Assembly: GCA_964270895.1 (NCBI GenBank) | Contig: OZ185441.1 | Length of the DNA stretch: 64,000 nucleotides | Origin: Podarcis filfolensis | Lineage: Eukaryota | Reading direction: 5' to 3' (one strand) | Shown: positions 54,462-64,000 of the stretch, piece by piece | Layout: each line of letters starts with the position of its first letter | How positions within the stretch are numbered: position 1 is the first letter of the stretch | Program-made: the position numbers and the translations under genes | The notes under the pieces: generated by a model | Databases searched by the model: none | What the model was told of the DNA's origin: nothing | Seen by the model: only the letters and a program-made list of their open reading frames with translations

Positions 54462-55176
54462 CAATCATTACCATGACTGAACATGTAAAACAGGCTCTAG
54501 CCTGTGTGCAGTAACATCTGCTCCTACACCCTGTGTTCTAGACATTTCATTCATGACTCCTGTGATCTTTTAATTTGAAAGAATGATGGATGAATCAGCA
54601 TTATCTAATAAATGTGGATGGAGGTACACCAGCATTTCTACTTCTTTGAATGTCAGAATGAGACGTAGAACCATATTTTAAAGGCAGTGCTTTAAATGCT
54701 CACAACCATATGGTTAACAAAAGTAAAAATTATTTCTGTTACACAACAAAGCAATGTTTTAACTGTAAGGAGTTGAACTAAGAAGGTAAACATGAGTTTA
54801 ACTATAAGCAGCTAGTAAGAAGGAAATGACATAATCAGATAATTGTTTCTGATGCATAACTTAATAAAACCAAGGTATTTGGATTTAAACTGAAATAAAC
54901 TAAAAGACTGTAGCCCAGCATATGCTTTGTGTGCAAAAGATCTCAGGTACAATCCATATAATCTCCAGGAAAGCTTGGAAAGTCTCCTCTCTGAAGAAAC
55001 CCTGGAGAAACCCACAGTATCTCAGGCAGTACAATGTTAGCTGTTTGCAGGTGAAGTGGGAATCTTTTGACTCTTGTTCCCTGATCAGCCTTAAAGGGAG
55101 TTATTTTTGTCAACTCTGCACTATTGAGTGTGTATTTGTTCCAAATTAAGCAAGTCATTTTCTTAAGCATCTAGAC

Positions 55177-55368
55177 CAGGGATAGTCAACCTTTTTATAC
55201 CTACCACCCACTAATGTATCTTTCTTGATGGTAAACTTTCCTTACCTCCCAACAGTACTCGTACTTGATGGAAGGAGAATTCAGCTTGTGCCGTAGAACA
55301 CCCTATGGCCCACCTAGAATCCTGAAATGCCCACTAGTGGGCGGTAGGGACCAGGTTGACAACCCCTG
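55177..55368. mobile_element. hAT (Charlie-like) MITE
   Basis: TIRs CAGGGATAGTCAACCT / AGGTTGACAACCCCTG; 8-bp TSD ATCTAGAC / ATCTAGAT. Confidence 0.85.
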
Positions 55369-55532
55369 ATCTAGATAATTAGATATGACCAGCAGATTCA
55401 GTGAAGGTGGAAATCAAAAACACCCAAAGCATTAAGAATTGCTTATCTAACCCAGCCTTCCAGTGACTTGTGGGGACCTCAGATGAGTGGCACTCTTGGA
55501 CAATGCTTGGGCTTATTCACACACACACCCTC

Positions 55533-55533
<1 letters not shown>

Positions 55534-55564
<31 letters not shown>
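55534..55564. repeat. Poly(A)31 tract
   Basis: Direct count. Confidence 0.9.
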
Positions 55565-55566
<2 letters not shown>

Positions 55567-55828
55567 CTTACAGGCAGATGGTCCTGGCGGAATCTTCCCA
55601 GCACACCTTGAATGTGCATAGGCAAGAAATAGCAAACTTCTTCAGTTGATCAGGTGTGCCAACTTGAATAAAATACTGTGAAGGTTCATGTAGACCCTGC
55701 CCTGCATAATTGATCACATGATGCAGAACACCCATATTTGAATGGGAATGCCCATCAATTTTGTAGGGGTCCAGCCCCCTCCAGCATTTCCCCCAGAGTG
55801 GCTGGAGAAACCCAGCCAGATGGGCGGG

Positions 55829-56319
55829 TGTGGCATTTGCCCTCCTAGGTGTGTGACATCATACTGGGTTCATAAGGAAAGGGTTAACTAATTGTAAAAT
55901 GACTAACCTATAGGAACCCAAGGGGAGGAGCTAGAGTTAGAGTTAGAGGTAGAGTTGGAGTTGTTAAGAAGTCAGTCTGGAGTCAGAGAAGAGGGAGGGA
56001 GGATAAGTCTGTGGGTTGGGCTAGTCTGATGTGAGAGAGTGACGGAAACTGTTAAGTTGAGATAATCAGTCAGAAGGTATTAGGAAGGTATAGGCCGGTA
56101 AAGAAACTAAGGATAAGAAACTGACAAGAAAATTAACTGAGAAACCATACTTGTTAATGCTTACAACATAAACTTGTTTATTTGATTTAATTTTAACAAC
56201 TGTCTTGACTCAGTGTGAACCTGAATGTAACCGGTTGGTGGCAGCGGGGAAGCGAGCACAGTGGTGGCACTTGAATCAATAGACTGTCAAATATCCGGGG
56301 ACCCTGTGTGATTGCCACA
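55829..56319. mobile_element. Solo LTR (491 bp) nested in a LINE 3' tail
   Basis: TGTGGCA...TGCCACA 7-bp terminal inverted repeat; 5-bp TSD GCGGG/GCAGG. Confidence 0.8.
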
Positions 56320-56329
56320 GCAGGGTATA

Positions 56330-56333
<4 letters not shown>

Positions 56334-56378
<45 letters not shown>
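56334..56378. repeat. (ATT)n microsatellite, ~15 units (LINE tail)
   Basis: Direct reading. Confidence 0.9.
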
Positions 56379-56381
<3 letters not shown>

Positions 56382-57344
56382 TTTATTGTGGGGGCCAAAG
56401 GCCTGTAGGAGTTGGCTCCTGTGACCAGAGTCAAGGTAAGGTTGTCCGACCAAGGTAGGTAGCAGAAAATTCTTTTCCAGCTCCTACAGTTGCAGACTGT
56501 AAGGGAGGCTGTCAGTTAAGTAGTTAACCATGTTGCATATAAACTCTTTTACTTAGTGAAATTGTGGCCCTAGTTCAATCTTCATTTTGTTGTCCTCCTG
56601 GTATGCTCATTCTAGATATAGAAGCAAAATGCTTATTATCTTTTAAATTCAAGTCCTTTAGTCTAACTGGGTAGAGGTTTTAAAGACAAGATGGCAATAA
56701 AATCAGATATATTTCTAATTTCTAGAAGTTATTTGTGGTAAGAAATGAAAAACATACAAATATATATGACTTCTAAAATGTCTAAACTAAAGTGAATAGG
56801 CCAGGAATGAAATGATCAGGAAGGCTGCCTGATTTTGCTGAAATACACAATGAAATGGTGATATTTGGAATGTTACTTTAATTTACAGTACAATCCTATA
56901 TATGGTTACTCACAAGTACATTTTCAATGTGATTTATTCCCAGGTAAGTTTGTGTAGGATTGCAGCCTTAATGTTCTGTTAGCTACAGTGATCCTTTACT
57001 GGAGCAATGCAAAGAAACAAAGCAAAGAAAATATCATTAAATACAACATTAAATATGCGTTGGTAATATTATTTCTCCAAATAAAGACAAAGGATATATT
57101 TACTTACTAATTTCAAAAACAAAGAACTCTATGGAATAGGTATTTTGTAAAAATCAACTATTTCTCATAGAATAGAAGTTACAGGTTTATTAAAGACTTT
57201 TCTGGTTTATACTTTTTAATATGCTTTGTTTCTATACTTGGTTTGTTTATGCTTTGTTTATAGATAGTTATCCACACATGCAGGAAGTAAACTGCTTAAT
57301 CGTGTCAACTAGGCTGTCTTTGCCTTTTGTATGACTTTAGCCAT

Positions 57345-57377
57345 TGCAGTTTTTGGTTGAGACTCTGGGCGCCGCTG
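57345..57377 (+). promoter_or_regulatory. CSE (CGCT box) / bipartite CTCF site of gene 10
   Basis: TGCAGT-N11-ACTCTGGGCGCCGCTG; core 216 bp upstream of the ATG. Confidence 0.78.
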
Positions 57378-57577
57378 TTTACCAGTGAGAAAGCAAACTG
57401 AAATGAAAGATGCAGGGTAAGTTATTGCACATTGCTAGAAAGGCAGCTAAATTGGCACACGTCCTCTCTCTCAGTGAATCAGTATAGATTAACAAAAGGA
57501 TTTTCTGGTTCTTTGCTACAAGATCCTTTGCCACGAGAAAGAGAAATAGGTAGATGTTCCAAAGGTAATTCTTTGAA

Positions 57578-59992
57578 ATGGCAGCTATGCTGAGACTCCG
57601 ACAACACAGTGGCTCCTTCTGGTTTGCTTTTATTGCCATCTGGCAGACAAATTATGGGCAGCTCCACTACTCAGTTCCTGAGGAAGTCCCGAAAGGCTCT
57701 TTCGTTGGGAATATAGCAGAGGACCTGGGACTGGGTTCCAAGAAATTGTCAGACAACAGAGTTCGCATCATCTCTGAAGGTATGCTTCAATATTTTACTT
57801 TGAATTCTAATAATGGCCAGTTATATGTCTCCGAAAGGATAGACAGAGAAGAAATATGCAGGTGGGAAGAGAAGTGTGTTTTAAGTCTTGAAGTCCTTGT
57901 TGAGGATAAAATGAAACTGTTCACTGTAGAAATTGAAATCACAGATATAAATGACAATGCTCCAACTTTCACCCAGGAACGCTTAGATCTTAAAATAAGT
58001 GAAATGACCATTGTAGGAACTCGTTTTGCCTTGCAAGAAGCTCAAGATTCTGACATTGGAGATTATTCCCTTCAGAACTACCATCTGAGCAGCAGCAGGT
58101 ATTTCTCCCTGAAACTACAGAGCAGATCTGATAAGGACAAATTTCCTGAACTGGTGCTAGAGAAATCTTTGGACAGAGAAGCGGAAGCATTTTACTCACT
58201 CATCCTAACGGCCACAGATGGTGGGCATCCTGTGAGATCTGGCACTCTGCAGATCTATGTAACGATTCTTGATGCAAATGATAACACACCCATTTTCAAC
58301 CAACCTCTCTATAAAGTGAGTGTTTTGGAAAGTGTTTCCATAGGCTCTCTGCTGCTTACTGTAAATGCTACAGATGCCGATGAAGAAACAAATTCTGAGG
58401 TGATTTACTCATTTCTAAAAATAAAGGAGACAGCATCGCAACTCTTTCAAATAAATTCTAGAAGTGGGGAGATATCAACAACAGGGAAGTTGGACTATGA
58501 AGAAGATGCATTACATGAAATGGAAGTTCAAGCAAAGGACAATGGAGGTCTCTCCGACAGGGCTAAAGTGTTGATCATCCTTATTGACGTTAATGACAAT
58601 ATACCCAAGATAACTATCACTACCTTCTTCAATTCAGTCAGTGAAGGAAGCTCTCCAGGAACTGTGGTTGCTCTACTAAACATACAAGACAGAGATAAGG
58701 GTGAGAATGGAGAAATCTTGTGCTCAGTTCCTAAAACTCTTCCTTTCCACTTAGAGAAATCCTTTGATAACTATTACCATTTGATGACTGACAGAGTTCT
58801 CGACAGAGAAGAAACATCAAATTATAGTATTACTATCATGGCTACAGACAAAGGGAACCCTCCATTATCAACCACTACGGTGTTCTTTGTAGAAATTTCA
58901 GATGTAAATGACAATGCCCCAATCTTCAATAACATACAATATACTTCTTATGTTACTGAGAATAACATCAGAGGAGCATCTGTTTACTACATGAAAGCAA
59001 GTGATCCTGACTGCATGGAAAATGCTACAATCACATTTTCAATCATTGATCAAATTGTTGGCGATTCTACTCTTTCATCCTACCTTTCTATTAACTCTGA
59101 AACGGGGGTTGTTTATGCCTTGATCTCGTTTGATTATGAAGAGATTAAAGAGATTAATTTCCTGGTCAAGGCTCAGGACGGAGGCTCTCCACCACTCAGC
59201 TCCAACGTCTCATTGACTGTCTTCATCCTGGACCAGAATGACAACACTCCCCAAATCCTGTACCCCTCCCCTCCCACTGATGGCTCCACAGGGATAGAGC
59301 TGGCCCCTCGCTCCTCTGAGCCAGGCTACCTGGTCACTAAGGTGGTGGCCGTGGATGCAGACTCTGGCCAGAATGCCTGGCTCTCCTACCAGCTGATCAA
59401 GGCCACCGAGCCAGGGCTCTTCACTCTGGGGCTCCACACGGGAGAGATCAGGACAGCCCGCTTCTTCCTGGAGAAAGATGCCCTCAAGCAAAGCCTGGTG
59501 GTTTTAGTCAAGGACAATGGGCAGCCTCCAATGTCGGCATCAGTCACTGTTACTGTGGTCTTGGCTGACAGCATCCCTGACATGCTGACTGATCTGAGCA
59601 GTGTCCCAGTATCTGAAGACCCGCAGTCAGATCTCACCTTCTACTTGGTGACTGCAGTGGCTTTTGTCTCCTGCTTGTTTCTCGCCTTCCTCCTTGTGTT
59701 ATTGGCACTCAAACTTCGCAGGTGGAAAAATTCTCAGCTGTGTGACAATGGAAGTGTGCATTTTGATGGTGCTCCCATCTCCCAGTTTGTGGGGATTGAT
59801 GGAGTCCGGGCATTTCTTCAGTCTTATTGCCACGAGGTTTCACTGACTTCAGGCTCTCGGAAAAGCCAGATTTTTTTTCCAATTGGAAGCTGTACCAATA
59901 CTCTGACACCACAACAGGCTCCTGATAAGTCAGATCCTATATTACTCATAGGTGATTCTAACACTGTTAAGGAGGAGGCAGCAACCTGTCAA
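57578..59992 (+). CDS. PCDHGA: Protocadherin gamma-A-like variable exon (gene 10)
   Basis: 808-aa ORF; gamma-A motifs; phase-0 donor CAA|GTGAGT at 59992/59993. Confidence 0.94.
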
Positions 59993-60329
59993 GTGAGTAC
60001 ATGAATTTTAGTACTTCTGTTTATTTTAAAGTTCAGAAAGTCATTTCTTTTATTTGTCCTTATTCATTAGGTTTCATTTTATGTAATTTAATTAAGTTTC
60101 TTAAATAACAAAGCTTAATTTTTTTTTGCTACAAATTTCAGTGTAATTTCCTTTTTTCAACAGATGAAGCAAATACTTCATTAATTGAAATAAATATTGC
60201 ATTTTATATAGGTAGTGTTTTAATGATTCCTCTGAGCGTAAAATTTGCTATTGACGGGAATAGCAAAGCCAGATCACATATTGCATCAAAGTAATCATAC
60301 TTGCGGAATTTCTATAAGATCATTGTAAG

Positions 60330-60600
60330 AAGCCTCTGGGGGTGTCATCAAGGGATTTGGATAGCAGTGTCACCGACACTTAGATGTCACTCAGGTCCAT
60401 TTTTTTGCATATCATCAGAAGCAAGAGAAGCTGTTCAGGTCCTGAATCACTGTCTGCAGGTAGGGCTGGATATGGGCCATTAAGTTGAACCTAAATTCTG
60501 ACAAGATGCAGGCATGGTAGGTTGGCAGTTTCCAGATCTGAGGACTAGGTTGGTGGCCTGTTCTGGAAGAGGTAACAATTGTATTTAAAGGAACCACATT
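60330..60600 (+). mobile_element. Degenerate L2 reverse transcriptase fragment
   Basis: ggggtgtcatcaaggg (GVPQGS-like), EAVQVLNHCLQ and aagttgaacctaaattctgacaag (KLN.DK-like). Confidence 0.55.
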
Positions 60601-61531
60601 GTAGTCTGGGGCTGTTGTTGAATTCTACATTGTCACTGGAGTCTGAAGTGACATCTGGCGAAGAATGCCTTTTACCTGCTTTGACAGGTTCTTCAGCTAC
60701 AGTTGTTCTGCTACTATGACCCAGGCTCAGGTAATCCCCTGAACGGATTACTATACAGTAATGAACTCTACATGGAGCTATCCCTGTGGATGGCTCAGAA
60801 GATACAGCTAAGCACAGTATGCACCTCCCAGATTGCTGAATGGTACAGCCAGTCTTGTCCAAACAGCACTGGTCCTGAAGAACTGATGCTGAGTGTCTGT
60901 ACATTTCTGACCCCAATTCAAGGAAGGAATATCTGATTCTGTATGAAACTGTCCAGTTTGGTGTCTCTCTGTGTGTGCATTCTAATTGTTCGCCTATCTA
61001 ATGAAGTGGAGGGGGGAGCATGCAGGAAAAAACCTTCTTTATTTGAGAACTTCACTTTTGCCCCTTATCTTATTGCGCTTTCTGTGCCACTTAAGGACAA
61101 ACCTCTTTGCACAGGCTTTTGGAGAGGGGTTGGTACTGTGGCCAGTAGTTGTTAGGGTATCACCTGCAACGTAAGGGTCCATTTTTTAGAGTTACTGTGT
61201 ATGTTTCACATGTTTTGTATTGTGTTTTATGTTTTATGGTATTTGATCTGCTCTATATTTTGTTGTAACTCCCCCTGGGATCAATGATGAGGGGTGGCTT
61301 TACAAACAGAAGGAAAGACTCCTGTTCCAGAAGACACTACTTTTAAGTAACTTGGATTGGAAAACATCTCCTAATGGGACTGTGATCAGAAATGAAAAGA
61401 CCAGTGTCATGGTACCAACACATATGTTTGCAATAGTGATTGGCTTCACTAGCTGTGTGCCATAATGTTAGGGTGCAGTTATAGCCATTTCACTGCGTCC
61501 AATATTGAAAAATGGGTGGAGAGGAGGTTGG

Positions 61532-61746
61532 AAAAAAGGTAAAGGTAAAGATAATGGTAAAAGACCCCTGGGTGGTTAAGTCCAGTCAAAGGCAACTATG
61601 GGGTGCAGCGCTCATCTTGCTTCAGGCCAAAGCAGCCGGTGTTTGTCCTCTTGACAGCTTTCCAGATCATGTGGCCAGCATGTCTAAACTGCTTCTGGCA
61701 CAACAGGACACCGTGATGAGTTCCAGAGCACTTGGAAATGCTGTTT
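61532..61746 (-). mobile_element. 5'-truncated, diverged Sauria SINE
   Basis: (AAAGGT)n tail, then gacccctg...gtccagtc...ctcatct...gtcatgtggccagcatg...ccagagca...ggaaatgctgttt, colinear with the SINEs at 19364 and 41869. Confidence 0.85.
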
Positions 61747-61865
61747 TCATTTTCATCATATATAATTTTTGCATCGCATGTGAGACTGCAGCTGAACAGA
61801 TTCATTATTCAGTTCCCAAGGAAATGGCAAAAGGTTCCTTTGTGGGGAATATTGCAAAGGATCTT
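61745..61865 (+). pseudogene. Protocadherin gamma exon fragment (end of signal peptide plus start of EC1) fused to a truncated Sauria SINE
   Basis: Encodes FIFIIYNFCIACETAAEQIHYSVPKEMAKGSFVGNIAKDL; aligns to 63804-63921 with one extra codon and a few substitutions; homology ends at 61865 and a stop follows at 61877. Confidence 0.85.
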
Positions 61866-63508
61866 TGGTGGAGATGAATTGTTGCTTAGTCAGAACATGA
61901 GATCAGTTCTGTGGTTTCTGTGGCCAATCAGAAATTTACTTATAAGCTTATTCCACCTTCTTAACAACCCTGAACTTGCATATGAGAATATAACTGATCT
62001 GCAGAAAGGACTTTATGATCTGAAAATAAAGGCAATGTACGCACTTTTGTAGCCCAAGATAATCTTTAATAATCTTAATAAAAACAATTAAAAAGCGAGA
62101 GAGAGGGGGGAAATCAGCTAGTTCTGGCCAGTGGGAGAAATGAACCAACTTAAGGATGTATATTCAAAACTGAAACAGGGAATTGCGTCTATTTAGGGTT
62201 CACTGTGGTGGTGTGAAATTCCAGGCACTCTAGATGGCACCTTTGAGCTACATTGGAATATAGAACTATATCACAGGTACAAATAAAAAATGTGTTGTGT
62301 GAGGGGAGCTGGCATTGTATTAGTTAACAGTTTTCAATAAAGACCTTTTGGAATTGCCACTTGAAATGGTCAGGTAAGTGCACTGCAGTTGTCAGTCAGA
62401 AATCAGAACATAGCAAGAACGTAATACAAAAGCTGTTATAAAGGTCCAACCATGCTTCGAGAAAATTGTGCTGTTCCTGATCATGCTTAAAAAGAATGTA
62501 GCACAACTCAAAAGAAGTAAAGAAAAGGCCAATGAAAACTATCAAGAAAGACAAGTCTTCTATATGAGGTAAGTTTAAAAGATTAATGTTGATCCTGAGC
62601 CACACTGCATATCGGCAGGGGAGCAAAGGAGTGGAAGCGGTATGGAGATGCTATAGGGCATTGTTTCCCTTGTTCACACTGGGATCACCATGCTCAATAG
62701 CCATTTCCAACCATTTTACACAATGCTAAAACAAACTCAGATTCAATACACCAGCAAATAACAACAACATATGCAATAAGCTATGCAATACAGTACCAGA
62801 TTTCATTCAGGTTTTTTTTTAATGTCACCTTTAATGTATGTTTCGGTGTTACATATAACAGAAATTTTGACGGTGAATATTTTTTTAGAACATATGGAAT
62901 ACGCATAAGGTTGCTGCGCTCCCAGAATGACTGTGTGGAACTGTAATCCTGTTACCTGGATAACAGCTATACAAGTGGGACTTCATTATATTTAGGAAAT
63001 ATAATAATTAGCACACTGATCATTAAAAGTGTATGTAAGATGTGTGGGTAGGTGGGAATCATCCATAAAATAATCCTGCCATAATACAAAACATGATGCA
63101 AAATACCTAGAACACAGCATACCAATATAAAAAGCTACAGTTTGCTGCAGCCTAATACACAATTTTCTTGAATCAGTAACTGAAATGTTTAAACATTAGT
63201 TTGGGTTCTGGTCCTGGCTGCCCCTATCCATTGCTTGCTATGGGGGGCAGGGAGAAGAATGACAATTATAATTCGTAAATCTCAACCAACATCACTAGCA
63301 TATATGAGCATGTACCTAAATAAATTGCAATAGGAACATGCTGGACAATTTCTGCATTGTTATTGTAAGTAAAGCAAGATCCTCTGAGTTGTTTTACTTT
63401 GGAGCTTCTCCCAGGAGGATCCTTTGCTTGGAATGATAGATATTCCTATATCAGAATGAAAGTACAAAAGGCATACACCCCATCTGAGGAATTATTGTAA
63501 CATGCTGG

Positions 63509-63541
63509 TGCAGTTTTTGGTTGAGACTCTGGGTGTCGCTG
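63509..63541 (+). promoter_or_regulatory. CSE (CGCT box) / bipartite CTCF site of the final gamma exon
   Basis: TGCAGT-N11-ACTCTGGGTGTCGCTG; core 231 bp upstream of the ATG. Confidence 0.78.
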
Positions 63542-63756
63542 CTCCCTAACCAGGCAGAGAAATGCACTGAGAGATGTTGCCATCTCAGTCCTGCTGCTCC
63601 ACCTAGAAAAAGAAAGCAAGGGAACAGAAACAAAGAAGATCTAGGAAGATCTAGATCCATTGGATTTGTTGTTTTATTTTTCCTAAAATATTGGCAAACA
63701 ATAGATTCAGAGCATCCAGGTTTAAGGGATTGAAAGTAAGAAGATAACATCTAGAA

Positions 63757-64000
63757 ATGGCTATTGCAAGACATTTCTGTCTTAGGTTCTACAAGGACAC
63801 AGCTTTCATTTTCATCATTTTTTTTTGCATCGCATGTGAGACTGCTACTGAACAGATTCATTATTCAGTTCCCGAGGAAATGCCAAAAGGTTCCTTTGTG
63901 GGGAATATTGCAAAGGATCTTAGACTGGATATAAAGGATTTCTCACATTATGGAGTCAGCTTTGTTTGCAGAGGTAAGATGGAATATTTTGCTTTAAACA
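63757..64000 (+). CDS. PCDHGA: Protocadherin gamma-like variable exon, 5' partial (final gene, truncated by the window edge)
   Basis: Hand translation from gaaATGG: MAIARHFCLRFYKDTAFIFIIFFCIACETATEQIHYSVPEEMPKGSFVGNIAKDLRLDIKDFSHYGVSFVCRGKMEYFALN, open to the edge; CSE 231 bp upstream. Confidence 0.88.
   Translation, partial: MAIARHFCLRFYKDTAFIFIIFFCIACETATEQIHYSVPEEMPKGSFVGNIAKDLRLDIKDFSHYGVSFVCRGKMEYFALN

Noticed and set aside
1-64000. CRISPR arrays, rRNA, prokaryotic operons or defence systems
   Set aside because: None seen; the long repeats are paralogous protocadherin exons and vertebrate transposons.

Overview
Vertebrate genomic DNA with no prokaryotic features. The Sauria and Squam-type SINEs plus Bov-B point to a squamate, probably a lacertid lizard (inference). 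The window spans the beta/gamma boundary of the clustered protocadherin (Pcdh) locus. On the + strand are seven intact Pcdh-beta-like large exons in a strictly alternating two-class order (A-B-A-B-A-B-A, ~10 kb period). A ~10 kb gene-free gap follows, then three intact Pcdh-gamma-A-like variable exons, a SINE-fused exon fragment and the start of a fourth gamma exon running off the window. Each intact exon has a forward CTCF/CSE-like motif ~200-280 bp upstream, and each complete exon ends in a phase-0 splice donor. No constant exons are visible. Intergenic DNA holds L1, L2, CR1 and Bov-B fragments, SINEs, hAT and Tc1/mariner MITEs, solo LTRs, and a very young Penelope-like element folded into a 360-bp near-perfect inverted repeat with two minimal hammerhead ribozyme motifs. 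Most notable: splice-competent beta exons, CpG-poor beta CSEs versus CGCT-type gamma CSEs, class- and domain-restricted gene conversion with a cross-class micro-patch, a 31-aa EC5 insertion in the first gamma exon, the Penelope hairpin, and a SINE/protocadherin chimera with a candidate TSD. All counts and alignments were done by eye.
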